A stretch of 26,861 nucleotides of DNA, from the IMG/VR virus record IMGVR_UViG_3300032227_000842, positions 1 through 26,861 of that record; one strand, given 5' to 3'. The first letter of the stretch is position 1; the number at the start of each line of letters is the position of its first letter. The notes below the pieces were generated by a model, which ran no database searches, was not told the origin of the DNA, and saw only the letters and a program-made list of their open reading frames with translations. A program made the position numbers and the translations under genes. The stretch is from a virus (taxonomy: Duplodnaviria; Caudoviricetes). Shown here in pieces: positions 1-9,181 of the stretch.

Positions 1-152
1 AATTATATGGAACTAAAATCCGTAAAGGTGTTGTGTTTATGTGTAGCCAAGACAATCAATACCAAGAATTCATTGTAGAAGGCAGTGAATTTGACAAATA
101 TTCTGATTTGTGGTTCAAGCGGGTAGAACAATATTATATGAAGTTCATTTAA
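1..152 (+). CDS. 3' end (partial) of a phage PD-(D/E)XK exonuclease (Cas4/MGME1-like)
   Basis: Not in the ORF track. Frame from nt 3 reads LYGTKIRKGVVFMCSQDNQYQEFIVEGSEFDKYSDLWFKRVEQYYMKFI, with TAA at 150-152. Resembles the C-terminus of exonucleases in large myophages; catalytic motifs lie outside the window. Confidence 0.6.
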   Translation, partial: LYGTKIRKGVVFMCSQDNQYQEFIVEGSEFDKYSDLWFKRVEQYYMKFI

Positions 153-165
153 CTCTAGGTATTAA

Positions 166-173
166 GATAAATA
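166..173 (+). promoter_or_regulatory. T4-type late promoter GATAAATA
   Basis: Intergenic, 27 nt before ATG 201; the same motif recurs before most structural genes. Confidence 0.75.
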
Positions 174-202
174 ATTGTGATACATTAACTAATCACAATT
201 AT
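171..202 (+). promoter_or_regulatory. Hairpin sequestering the translation start, overlapping the late promoter
   Basis: ATAATTGTGAT (171-181) pairs perfectly with ATCACAATTAT (192-202), which includes the AT of ATG 201; 10-nt loop. Confidence 0.65.
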
Positions 203-2792
203 GGCCATAATACAAATCTCAAAAATACAGCAGCGTTCAGGTAATATCGTTGATTTACCTCAACTTGACGAAGCAGAATTTGGTTTCGCATCTGACGTAA
301 AAAAACTCTATATAGGTAAAGAATCACCTATTGAAAATATAGAAATACTTACATCATATTCAGATATTAGTTTTAGTCAAATTGAGGGTACCTGTGGTAG
401 CAATTTAAATATTGATTGTGCTAATAAAGCTAATGGACAAGTATTAACTTTTACTGGAACTGAATGGACCAATCGTGGTGGAAACCTCGGCGGGTTGATT
501 ACATTAGGCAACATTGCTGATATTAAGATTACTGGTGGACAAGAAAACTATTCAATAGTAACAGATGGAACCGGTAATTTGTCTTGGGCACCCACTTCTG
601 CAATTACAGCTACTATTCAAAACGTTACTCAATCAAACCCTGCTATTGTTACCACCGCAGATGATAATTATTTCACTAGCGGAGCTCAAATAACGATAAC
701 TAATGTAACAGGAATGACAGAGTTAAATGGTAATACTTATTATGCAAATGTATTAACATCAAACACTCTTGCACTATATTATGATAGATATTTAACTTCT
801 AGTGTTAATTCAATAAGCTATGGCAAATTTCCATTCGCCACTGTAACTGCTACAACAGCAGGAACTAATTACATAACAGTAGCTAATTCAGTACCATTTA
901 CAATCAATGATCCAGTGGTATTTACAGGAAATACATTTGGTAACATAACTGCAAACATAATTTATTATGTTCAAGCAATTCCATCTACTACTGCATTGGT
1001 TATTACTACAGCGGCAGGTGGTACTCCAGTACCTCTTACCACTGCTTCAGGCTCTTGTGGTGTTTATGTAGCAGGTGGAAGAATTATTTCTTCTGCTGGT
1101 GGTGGAGCCAGTAATGGAGTATCTGGTGGATCAAACACTACTGTTCAATATAACCTTACTGGACAATTAGATGGTAATGTAAATTTTACATATGATTACC
1201 TTAGTAGTAATTTAACATTAACTGGAAATGCAAACGTTAGTAATTTATTAGTTACAGTTGATGCTCAAATTAATGGTAATCTAGTAGTTAATGGTAATAC
1301 TACATACATTAACGTTGAAACAGTAAATATTGAAGATCCTATAATATCATTGGGACGTAGTCCTAATAATACTCCATTAACAGTAAATGACGGAAAAGAT
1401 CGAGGTGAGCAACTTTGGTATTATGCAGGTTCAGAAAAATCTGCTTTTATTGGATATCAAAACAGTACTGGAAACTTTTTAGCGGCTACTGATGTAACAA
1501 TTATAAATGAAATAGTTACTGTAAACGATTATGGTAATTTTGTATTTGGCAACATAGTTGCTATTAATATTACTGCTTCAGGTGATGTAGCTGTTAATGG
1601 TGGAGATTTAACTTCAAATGCAGCGACCTTTAATTTATTACCCACCTCTACTACGGTTAATTTTGCTGCTAGCGGAACAGCGGTTAATATTGGAGCCAGT
1701 ATTGGCAATACTAACGTTCTCAATAACTTAGATGTTGATGGTAATGTTAACATTGACGGTGGTAGCTTAACAGTAAGTACCTCGACATTTAATTTAGCAA
1801 ATACTACTGCTACTACTATTAACTTTGGTGGTGATGCATCTAACATTAATATTGGTAATACCAATGCAGGTAATACGACTATTAAAAATAATTTAGTAGT
1901 GAATGGTAATGCCACAGTGATTGGTTATCTAGCACCCAGTACTGGAAATTCTGCTACAAGTGGTATTATTTTCCCTGCTGATCCAGGCGGAGGCACCGGT
2001 GATATTGCTAAAATTCAATATTATGCAGTAACAGGTGAACAAACCGAACTGTTAATTTCTGTTGGTAATGAAAATAATGATAACATAACGTTAACTGCTA
2101 CAGGGTTTGTTAATGTAACTAATTCAATGTATGTCGGTGGTAATGCTAATATTGCTGGTAATATTCTTGTGAGTGGCAATGGTAATATCACTGGTAATTT
2201 AGGGGTAGCAGCTAATGCCAACATAGGCGGTAATTTGGGCGTAGTAGCTAATGCCAACATAGGCGGTAATTTAGGTGTAACTAATAATGCCAACATAGGC
2301 GGTAATCTTACAGTAACAGGTAATCTTATTACTACTAAGATAACAACTGGCAGCAGCAGTACAGCTGGTACAATAACAGGTAATTGGACATTAACAGCAG
2401 GTTCTAGATTAGAGGCTACTTATGCTGACTTGGCTGAGTATTACGTAGCTGACTTTGATTATGATCCCGGTACAGTCCTAGAATTTGGTGGAGAATTTGA
2501 AGTAACTATAGCTGAAAACGGCACACAACGAGTAGCCGGGGTAGTCAGTACAGAGCCTGCTTATGTTATGAATTCTTTATGCGAGGGTGAACATATTGTA
2601 GCATTAGCTCTTCAAGGAAGAGTTCCTACTAAAGTACGCGGAAATATTAAGAAAGGCGATATGCTTGTTAGTGGTGGTGAAGGTTATGCAAAACCTAGTC
2701 CCACACCTATCATAGGAACAGTGATAGGCAAAGCATTAGAAAACTTTAACGGAACTGAAGGTTTGATTGAAGTTGCAGTTGGTAGACTTTAA
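201..2792 (+). CDS. Tail fibre/virion structural protein with C-terminal chaperone/autocleavage-like domain
   Basis: 863 aa, rich in G/N/T/V beta repeats. N-terminus MAIIQISKIQQRSG...LYIG is typical of phage fibre N-terminal domains. FCCH-like segment (IQNVTQSNPAIVT...ITNVTGMTELNGNTYY). C-terminal YADLAEYY...VAGVVST...LQGRVPTKVRG...IGKALE domain is common at fibre ends (peptidase G2/IMC-like). Confidence 0.75.
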   Translation: MAIIQISKIQQRSGNIVDLPQLDEAEFGFASDVKKLYIGKESPIENIEILTSYSDISFSQIEGTCGSNLNIDCANKANGQVLTFTGTEWTNRGGNLGGLITLGNIADIKITGGQENYSIVTDGTGNLSWAPTSAITATIQNVTQSNPAIVTTADDNYFTSGAQITITNVTGMTELNGNTYYANVLTSNTLALYYDRYLTSSVNSISYGKFPFATVTATTAGTNYITVANSVPFTINDPVVFTGNTFGNITANIIYYVQAIPSTTALVITTAAGGTPVPLTTASGSCGVYVAGGRIISSAGGGASNGVSGGSNTTVQYNLTGQLDGNVNFTYDYLSSNLTLTGNANVSNLLVTVDAQINGNLVVNGNTTYINVETVNIEDPIISLGRSPNNTPLTVNDGKDRGEQLWYYAGSEKSAFIGYQNSTGNFLAATDVTIINEIVTVNDYGNFVFGNIVAINITASGDVAVNGGDLTSNAATFNLLPTSTTVNFAASGTAVNIGASIGNTNVLNNLDVDGNVNIDGGSLTVSTSTFNLANTTATTINFGGDASNINIGNTNAGNTTIKNNLVVNGNATVIGYLAPSTGNSATSGIIFPADPGGGTGDIAKIQYYAVTGEQTELLISVGNENNDNITLTATGFVNVTNSMYVGGNANIAGNILVSGNGNITGNLGVAANANIGGNLGVVANANIGGNLGVTNNANIGGNLTVTGNLITTKITTGSSSTAGTITGNWTLTAGSRLEATYADLAEYYVADFDYDPGTVLEFGGEFEVTIAENGTQRVAGVVSTEPAYVMNSLCEGEHIVALALQGRVPTKVRGNIKKGDMLVSGGEGYAKPSPTPIIGTVIGKALENFNGTEGLIEVAVGRL
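2193..2308 (+). repeat. 36-nt coding tandem repeat, about 3.2 copies (GNLGVxxNANIG)
   Basis: Units start at 2193, 2229 and 2265, with a partial unit at 2301; shared core AATGCCAACATAGGCGGTAAT. Confidence 0.9.
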
Positions 2793-2793
2793 C

Positions 2794-2801
2794 ACTAAAT
2801 A
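2794..2801 (+). promoter_or_regulatory. Late promoter ACTAAATA
   Basis: Intergenic, followed by AGGA SD and ATG 2820. Confidence 0.6.
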
Positions 2802-2819
2802 AGATATAGGAATTAAAAA

Positions 2820-3548
2820 ATGGCATCATATGTATATACAGCAAGCGGATCTGCAAACGCATCGGCAAATATTGCAACTGACAAAGTTAGAATAGCTACT
2901 ACTAGCTCTCCTATACATTTCACCAATAGTTTTCCAAATGTAGCCTTAACTGGCACTGTAACATGTAGCACAGGTAGTGCAGTTATAACTGGTTCAGGAA
3001 CCACATTTGTTTCTGAATTAAATATCGGGGCTTGGATTGGAAACACCGCAGGAAATACAGTAGGGATCGTTGCAGCTATCCACAACGACACTAGTTTAAC
3101 TCTTTCTGCAAATGCAGCCGTAGGAATTTCAGGTGCTACCGCTAGATATAATCCATATGGGGTACCTTATACTATAGCCACAGCTAATAGTGAAATCATA
3201 TCAGCAAACTCTACTGAGCGTACTATTATAGTAGGACAAGGTAATATTGTTTCTTATTTAAATGTGTCTGGTGCAACAGCAGCTCCATTTTCTATTACTG
3301 AATTGGGTATGCCACATGCTGATACTGGTACATCAGGTATAATAATTCCGGCAACTCTTACTGTTACATCTTCCACTACTACCACAACAACCACAGCAGC
3401 ACCCACAACTACAACAACCACAGCAGCACCTACAACTACAACAACCACAGCAGCACCTACAACTACAACAACCACGACTGCAGGACCTACAACTACAACA
3501 ACCACAGCAGCACCTACAACTACAACAACCACGACTGCAGGACCTTAA
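2820..3548 (+). CDS. Putative virion structural protein with Thr-rich mucin-like C-terminal tail
   Basis: 242 aa; late promoter and SD upstream; GTVTCSTGSAVITGSGTTF beta motif seen in phage tail proteins; ends in (T)nAAP/AGP repeats; terminator follows. Confidence 0.7.
   Translation: MASYVYTASGSANASANIATDKVRIATTSSPIHFTNSFPNVALTGTVTCSTGSAVITGSGTTFVSELNIGAWIGNTAGNTVGIVAAIHNDTSLTLSANAAVGISGATARYNPYGVPYTIATANSEIISANSTERTIIVGQGNIVSYLNVSGATAAPFSITELGMPHADTGTSGIIIPATLTVTSSTTTTTTTAAPTTTTTTAAPTTTTTTAAPTTTTTTTAGPTTTTTTAAPTTTTTTTAGP
3375..3545 (+). repeat. 27/30-nt coding tandem repeats (TTTTTTAAP / TTTTTTTAGP), 6 units
   Basis: ACCACAGCAGCACCTACAACTACAACA repeated, with a 30-nt variant containing ACGACTGCAGGACCT occurring twice. 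Confidence 0.95.
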
Positions 3549-3569
3549 TTGATTTAAAACTCTCAATCA

Positions 3570-3599
3570 GAAAAGAGACTTCGGTCTCTTTTCCTTTTT
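3570..3599 (+). terminator. Rho-independent terminator with cUUCGg tetraloop
   Basis: GAAAAGAGAC-TTCG-GTCTCTTTTC followed by CTTTTT; T4-style UUCG hairpin. Confidence 0.9.
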
Positions 3600-3640
3600 G
3601 ACTTCTACTTAAGCCATAGCCGTTGATTTTTGGTTGCTAG

Positions 3641-3648
3641 CATAAATA
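3641..3648 (+). promoter_or_regulatory. Late promoter CATAAATA
   Basis: Downstream of the terminator and upstream of the structured leader and ATG 3730. Confidence 0.7.
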
Positions 3649-3651
3649 TAT

Positions 3652-3711
3652 TATACACTCTCATAGTGAGAGTTTATGCGGTCCCCACCGCGTAGTGGCT
3701 AGAACCCACTA
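3652..3711 (+). ncRNA. Candidate structured leader RNA (three adjacent hairpins)
   Basis: ACTCTCA-tag-TGAGAGT (3657-3673); TATGCGGT-cccc-ACCGCGTA (3675-3694); TAGTGG-ctagaac-CCACTA (3693-3711). Locally GC-rich and begins just after the late promoter. Confidence 0.55.
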
Positions 3712-3729
3712 ATTACAAGGAGAAAACAA

Positions 3730-5175
3730 ATGGGACGTCCTTTAAAAATCGCAAAGGCTCAAACAGTCTTAACAATTACTGATACAGCAACAACAGGTAG
3801 TGTCGTTACAATATCAGGTGGAAATCTAATAACTTCCCCCACAGTCGGTGTAACATCTGGTATGTCATTTGTACCTGCAGCAAGCATTAGTGGTTTAGTA
3901 GCCAACACAATATATTATGTTGATACTATTCTGACAAACACTACATTCAGCGTTTCAACAACTCAACTAAGTGTTCAACCACGTGTAATGGCTACATTAA
4001 CTAATTCAACAGGTGGTACTGTTAAAGCATCATTCAATGTGGTTGATGCTTATTTCAATAATCCATTGGGTGGCACCGGTTTCCCTACAACAAACAGTAA
4101 TACATATTCTGTAGTTGGTGGTAATACAGCTATTATTGGACCACAGGTATTAGCACAAGTTGCTATCGGCATTAACGGCACCGGTACTCTTTATTCTACC
4201 AGTGGTAATGCAAATGTGTTTGGTGTTGGTACTGATCTTGCTAATACTTTATCTGTGGGTTCTGCAATTCAAGTAGGAGTTGCAAACATCAATGGTTCTA
4301 CTGATTATGCTAATTTAGGATTTGCTGCTACCCTTTCAGGATATGCAAATATTGAAATTTCTAATGCTACTGCTACAGGTAATTTCTTAACTTCAGTTGG
4401 CAATGCACAAACATTGTTTGCAAATCAGCCAGTTGTATTGTCAGCAAACATTGGTGGTCTAACAGCAAATACAACTTACTTTGTTAATACTATTGCTAAC
4501 GCGGCTGCATTCAGTGTTTCTTCTTACGTAGGTGGAGCTAACGTTCCATTGACTAACCAAAATGCTACTTCATATGCTGTACAAGATCGTGTAATATTAT
4601 CTGGTGCAACTACAACTACTGCTGCAAATGCACCATTCATTTATGCGAACGATGAAGCCGGATATATTGTACGCCAAAAAGGCAAGCAAAAATATCTAGT
4701 AACAGGCGGAACAACTGGTTTAACAGCACAGTGTTTAACTGCAAACGTCGCAAATGCAAATTTGACACCAAACACCATGACTATTCTTGCCACATATGGC
4801 AGCGAGTTAGAACCAATTACCCAAAATGTTCAGTATCTTTCTGACCACAATGCAGGATTGTTCACCGCTAATTCTAGTCCAATCGCAACAGCTAACATTG
4901 TATCCCCGGGACAGCCAACTGGTAACTTGGGATATATCAACACATATCCAGTAATTGCATCATTCAATAGTTCGGTAACTACTATAACTGCTGGATCGTT
5001 TGTTGTCGGAGTTGCTTATGTTATCGCATCACTCGGCAATACTAACTGGGCAGCAGTCGGCGCAAATAATGCTTCGGTGGGAGCAATCTTTGTTGCAACT
5101 GGGGTTGGTTCTGGTACAGGCACGGTCTCTATCGCCGGCGCAATTGGTCCAATAGTAACCATAGCTAATGCATAA
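3730..5175 (+). CDS. Virion structural protein (MGRPLK N-terminus)
   Basis: 481 aa, rich in T/A/G/N/V; strong SD AAGGAGA; two copies of a GLxANTxYxVxTI beta module; YIVRQKGKQKYLV motif seen in large-phage structural proteins. Confidence 0.7.
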   Translation: MGRPLKIAKAQTVLTITDTATTGSVVTISGGNLITSPTVGVTSGMSFVPAASISGLVANTIYYVDTILTNTTFSVSTTQLSVQPRVMATLTNSTGGTVKASFNVVDAYFNNPLGGTGFPTTNSNTYSVVGGNTAIIGPQVLAQVAIGINGTGTLYSTSGNANVFGVGTDLANTLSVGSAIQVGVANINGSTDYANLGFAATLSGYANIEISNATATGNFLTSVGNAQTLFANQPVVLSANIGGLTANTTYFVNTIANAAAFSVSSYVGGANVPLTNQNATSYAVQDRVILSGATTTTAANAPFIYANDEAGYIVRQKGKQKYLVTGGTTGLTAQCLTANVANANLTPNTMTILATYGSELEPITQNVQYLSDHNAGLFTANSSPIATANIVSPGQPTGNLGYINTYPVIASFNSSVTTITAGSFVVGVAYVIASLGNTNWAAVGANNASVGAIFVATGVGSGTGTVSIAGAIGPIVTIANA

Positions 5176-5486
5176 TGTCTGTTGTAAAAATGACCAAGAC
5201 TCAACAAGTTGAGACTGAAATCGCTGTGCTTCAAGTTCAAGTTACTAATATTGAAGCAAAAATCAACGATATTAAAGACAGCTTGAAGGAAGTGCATGAT
5301 TGCATTCATTTAAACGCTGAGGAAACTCAGCGTTTAATTAAAGAATTGCAAGAGTCTAATGAGAACTCTCACAAAGCATTAAATGACAAAGTTTCTGCTT
5401 TAGAAAAATGGAGATGGATGCTCATGGGAGCCGGAGTTGTTATCGGATCTATGGGATTTGACTCAGTAGCAAAATTGCTGAAATAA
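5175..5486 (+). CDS. Coiled-coil protein with C-terminal transmembrane helix (XhlA/holin-like)
   Basis: 103 aa; TAATG overlap with the upstream gene; heptad helix then LEKWRWMLMGAGVVIGSMGF hydrophobic segment. Confidence 0.55.
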   Translation: MSVVKMTKTQQVETEIAVLQVQVTNIEAKINDIKDSLKEVHDCIHLNAEETQRLIKELQESNENSHKALNDKVSALEKWRWMLMGAGVVIGSMGFDSVAKLLK

Positions 5487-5513
5487 AAAAGGGAGACTTA
5501 GGTCTCTCTTTTT
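5485..5513. terminator. Bidirectional terminator between convergent genes
   Basis: AAAAAAGGGAGAC-TTAG-GTCTCTCTTTTT with A and T tracts on both sides; the NUDIX stop codon lies in the loop. Confidence 0.85.
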
Positions 5514-5911
5514 GTAAGTGAGTATAGTTTTTCCTGCACAATATCAAAATTAACTGTACTAAATAATCCGGGATGCAATGGTTTAGGATATTGATTATCA
5601 CCAACCCAAGCATATCCACAATGTTCTTCGTTTAGTATAGGAATAAATTCTTCTGTGACCGCACAAAAAAATGTATGATAAGTGAAAGCTTTATTTACAA
5701 ATTTTTGTATTGGAATCAGTTTGGGATTTTCAGGAAAATAGTTAATCTCTTCTAAACATTCACGCTCTAGACCCTCTAATAGAGTTTCACTTTCTTCAAT
5801 TTTACCACCGGGTATTCCCCAGTTACCTAAATTTTTAGTATCTGTTCTAAGAAGATAAAAGAATCTGTCAGTGCCTGAACAATAGAAAAATACACCTGCC
5901 GATTGGTTCAT
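5498..5911 (-). CDS. NUDIX hydrolase
   Basis: Nudix box WGIPGGKIEESETLLEGLERECLEEIN; LNEEHCGYAW and PLHPG motifs; ATGA overlap with the upstream gene. Confidence 0.92.
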   Translation of the reverse strand: MNQSAGVFFYCSGTDRFFYLLRTDTKNLGNWGIPGGKIEESETLLEGLERECLEEINYFPENPKLIPIQKFVNKAFTYHTFFCAVTEEFIPILNEEHCGYAWVGDNQYPKPLHPGLFSTVNFDIVQEKLYSLTKRET

Positions 5912-7278
5912 ATTACGATACTGTAATCACCCTGATCGTACCATCCATCTACTGATTTCATCCAAGCTCCGTTAATATATCTATATTGAATATTTGTTGT
6001 AAGATTGGTAACGTATTCCACTGTGGTTGAAGCATTGCTGTCAAAAGATACGAACCATTGACCTAACGAAGAACTATATTCAATAATGTCATTAGCTGCC
6101 GCTACTAAATTTCCCCAAGCCACTGTGCTGCTACCAGGTGTACCAATATTTTCAACTATTAAATATCTTACCCCGTTGATAGGTCCCGGTAAGCCTGCAT
6201 TTGGTCCTGAAGTAAGAGGATTTACTACACTATACACCGGATCTAGTGTATTTTGCGGTAGTGTGTCTGGGTCAATGGTATAAATTAATAACCTATCGTC
6301 AATTGGATCAGGTACAATAGTACCCACAATGTCGGTTGTCATATATGGATTTTGTAACCATATTTGAGATATTCCTGGTTTTATTGTTCCATAGACATTT
6401 AATAAGCTTGACCAATATAAAGAACTATTTGGGTTGGTTGGATTATCTAAATCACTGTTGGGTGGATTAAACGGTTGGTTAGCAGGTAAGATTTGTAGTG
6501 TATTGTTTATTAATAGTACTTTATAACCATATGGTGTAATTTTTTGTCTAGTCCCTAATAAGAACTCATCATTCTGCATATCTTCTAATGACGCACCTGT
6601 ATAAATTGAAGCGATGATCTTATGAATAACACCCATTTTCTTCAACTTAGCAGGAGCAGTTAGCCATACCGGCATATAAAATTTCCAACTCATTACGTCT
6701 ATTGGATTATTAGTTCCTTGTGGAATACTTCTACTAGAAAAAGTTAACCCATCTTGAAATACTGCACTTAGGGATGTCCAATCAACATAGTTATCTGTGC
6801 TTTGAATTTCTAATGCTGGATTAAAAAGTGTACCTAGTTGCTCTAGAAGTTCTAACTTTTGATTGTAATTAGTAGTCCAAAAATCTACAGTAATTCGCAA
6901 TGTATATGGAACTGGCATTAATCTTTCAACAGTAAATGCTTGTCCTTGAGTAGATTCATAGCTTTGTGTTTCTGAATTATATGCTCTTTGTCTTACATTT
7001 ATTTTATCAACAAATGTAGGCTCTTGGGTCCATTTTTGATTATATTCTAATCCACTTATATAATATGTTATTAATGGTGCAGATGGTAGATTACTTGCAC
7101 TGTTATCAGCAATAATCGTAGCAGCTTGTCTGCTGCTATCACCATACATAATAGGAACTCTAACTAATATTAGATTACCTGCAGGATCCTTACCTTTGGT
7201 AACATACCAATTGCTGAATATTTTAGCAAATTGAATTAAAAATCTTCGTAACTGTTGATCGTAGAAAAATTGTGCCAT
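5908..7278 (-). CDS. gp15: Tail sheath stabiliser/tail completion protein (T4 gp15-like) with C-terminal extension
   Basis: FFYDQQLRRFLIQFAKIFSN, VRVPIMYG, MPVPYTLRITVDFWT and LEQLGTLFNP correspond to gp15-family motifs; lies next to a gp14-like gene. Confidence 0.75.
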   Translation of the reverse strand: MAQFFYDQQLRRFLIQFAKIFSNWYVTKGKDPAGNLILVRVPIMYGDSSRQAATIIADNSASNLPSAPLITYYISGLEYNQKWTQEPTFVDKINVRQRAYNSETQSYESTQGQAFTVERLMPVPYTLRITVDFWTTNYNQKLELLEQLGTLFNPALEIQSTDNYVDWTSLSAVFQDGLTFSSRSIPQGTNNPIDVMSWKFYMPVWLTAPAKLKKMGVIHKIIASIYTGASLEDMQNDEFLLGTRQKITPYGYKVLLINNTLQILPANQPFNPPNSDLDNPTNPNSSLYWSSLLNVYGTIKPGISQIWLQNPYMTTDIVGTIVPDPIDDRLLIYTIDPDTLPQNTLDPVYSVVNPLTSGPNAGLPGPINGVRYLIVENIGTPGSSTVAWGNLVAAANDIIEYSSSLGQWFVSFDSNASTTVEYVTNLTTNIQYRYINGAWMKSVDGWYDQGDYSIVI

Positions 7279-7281
7279 AAT

Positions 7282-9138
7282 TTAAGGTACTGGTGGTAGA
7301 GGATTGGGGGGAATGTCTAATATAGTAGATAGTGCTTGTTTCTGTTTAATAACAGTACCTGTAGTAGACAAGAATACATTACTATCATTAATAAATCTTG
7401 AGCGTAGGGATTCGTCGGCTTCTACATATCCAGTTTCAGTTCTTACCTTGCTAGAAATTCTTACCCACAGTTTACCATCCCAACGATATAATACTTGTGG
7501 TAAATAATCTATTCTTAAGAAATAATCTCCAACTTGTGGATTTTGTGGGAATGCGATTCCTGATCCAGTTGGTGATGCACCTACTGCACCAACTGCTCCT
7601 AACGGGCCAGTAGCAGCTAACATAGTAGCAGCTAACATATTAGCGGCTTCGACTGCACCAACAGTGTTTTGTGGTAATGGATATAATGGTGGAGTATTAG
7701 TTAAACCAGTTGGTATACCATTTGGTGTAGAACCATCTCCAGTCATATAACCAACACTATATCCAAATGATCTTGGAGTTGATCTAGCAATGAATTGGAA
7801 TCTAGGATCACAATCAGCACGGAAGTCCATTTGTTGCGATACTGTGCCTGTAAATCCTGGTAATACAGGATCTTGGTCAGCCGTTGCATAAGTATTATCC
7901 GCAGTTCCATATGGCCCTGTTATGATACCGGTTGATGTAGCAGATAATACCATTTCTCCTTCAACTGCACCTGAACCTGAACCTATTACTTCAGGTGCTA
8001 TTTCTAATAATTGTAAATTAACCTGCATGAATTTATCAATTGGTGCTGCTTCAGGCGCCATATCAACGGTCATGTCCCAAATGCTTTGAACTACATCTTT
8101 TTTAATTCTAATTACTGGGCTAGGATTTTTATACTGAGCACTTTTCAGAAGTGTAAGTGTGCCTGTTGCTACAGTAGGACCACTCGGTGTGGGTACTAAT
8201 ACTCCTATAGGAGGAGCAGGTTGATTATACTTACCTGATAATTGTGTATTAGTTTCATACGTACCATACGTAGGAACTATATAAAGGTTACTTGTATCAT
8301 ATCCTGATAATGGTACAATTCTAGCTGCCTCATTAAGATTGGCATTATTAATCTCAATGTTTCTATTGTAAGTTGCTAATATATCTTTTAGGTTTCTTGA
8401 CAAATCTAATTCCCAATAATTTGGATCAGGAGGTTCTACTCCAATTGGCACTTCTTGTTTAGAGATATAATTTTTATCCCCGTATGTGATGACATATCCA
8501 GGTGGATAAGTTCTACCTTTATCCCATAATCCTAAATAATTGTCTTGATTAACAGGTTCCGTTAAAATCTGTGAGAATTCTTCGCTATCTACTAATGGTT
8601 CGCATTTAATTCTCCATAAATGCGGATACCAAGTTGGAGAAAAACCTTCACTAGCATAGTTACTATCAGTAATTTGATAAAATCTTTTAAGCGCAGTTGG
8701 AATCGTTTCTCTAAGTGGATTGTAGTCTAATAAATGTGGTAGTTCTAATACATCACCCACCATTAACTTACGACCTACAATTTCGATCATGTCATTATAA
8801 TGCACCGTAATAAAGATAATGTCATTGTTTAAAAATAAACCAAATTGACTTAAATCAAAGTCTAGATTTTGTACACCATAATGTCCACGCAACCTATATA
8901 TATTAGTATCGTAAGTTCTATCTCTGTTTTCTAAGAATAATAAATCTTGAATATTATTAGGGTTTAATGCATCATATTGAGGTTGTGTATAATCAATTGA
9001 TGGACCTTGATCAGTGGGACCTAAATACTTATGTATGTATAAATCAGTTCCGCCCACAGTAAATTGTTCTGATATATTCCTATCAAAAAAACGGTAATCG
9101 TTAGATTTTACTGTATGGTAAAGTGATAAGCGGGGCAT
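7282..9138 (-). CDS. gp14: Neck protein (T4 gp14-like), extended, with a CBM5/12-like insertion
   Basis: IQDLLFLENRDRTYD, LSQFGLFL and GRKLMVGDVLELPHL in the N-terminal region; PQVGDYFLRIDYLP near the C-terminus; adjacent to a gp15-like gene. Confidence 0.65.
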   Translation of the reverse strand: MPRLSLYHTVKSNDYRFFDRNISEQFTVGGTDLYIHKYLGPTDQGPSIDYTQPQYDALNPNNIQDLLFLENRDRTYDTNIYRLRGHYGVQNLDFDLSQFGLFLNNDIIFITVHYNDMIEIVGRKLMVGDVLELPHLLDYNPLRETIPTALKRFYQITDSNYASEGFSPTWYPHLWRIKCEPLVDSEEFSQILTEPVNQDNYLGLWDKGRTYPPGYVITYGDKNYISKQEVPIGVEPPDPNYWELDLSRNLKDILATYNRNIEINNANLNEAARIVPLSGYDTSNLYIVPTYGTYETNTQLSGKYNQPAPPIGVLVPTPSGPTVATGTLTLLKSAQYKNPSPVIRIKKDVVQSIWDMTVDMAPEAAPIDKFMQVNLQLLEIAPEVIGSGSGAVEGEMVLSATSTGIITGPYGTADNTYATADQDPVLPGFTGTVSQQMDFRADCDPRFQFIARSTPRSFGYSVGYMTGDGSTPNGIPTGLTNTPPLYPLPQNTVGAVEAANMLAATMLAATGPLGAVGAVGASPTGSGIAFPQNPQVGDYFLRIDYLPQVLYRWDGKLWVRISSKVRTETGYVEADESLRSRFINDSNVFLSTTGTVIKQKQALSTILDIPPNPLPPVP

Positions 9139-9142
9139 ACAG

Positions 9143-9150
9143 TATTTATC
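9143..9150 (-). promoter_or_regulatory. Late promoter GATAAATA (minus strand), 4 nt before ATG
   Basis: TATTTATC on the plus strand; the minus strand reads GATAAATA-CTGT-ATG(9138). Confidence 0.7.
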
Positions 9151-9181
9151 TGTTGTTTCTATACAACTAAATATCAGAGGC

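Noticed and set aside
201-2792. Diversity-generating retroelement target
   Set aside because: No reverse transcriptase and no template/variable repeat pair differing at adenines was seen in the window.
3375-3545. Repeat arrays (also 26658-26861) as CRISPR arrays
   Set aside because: The units are contiguous, in-frame multiples of 3 with no unique spacers, and no cas operon is present; the exonuclease fragment is a common phage gene.
9166-9173. ACTAAATA as a late promoter for ORF 9238 (also TTTAAATA at 21046-21053)
   Set aside because: Possible, but the core is short in AT-rich DNA and the genes are already explained by other promoters, so it was not called.
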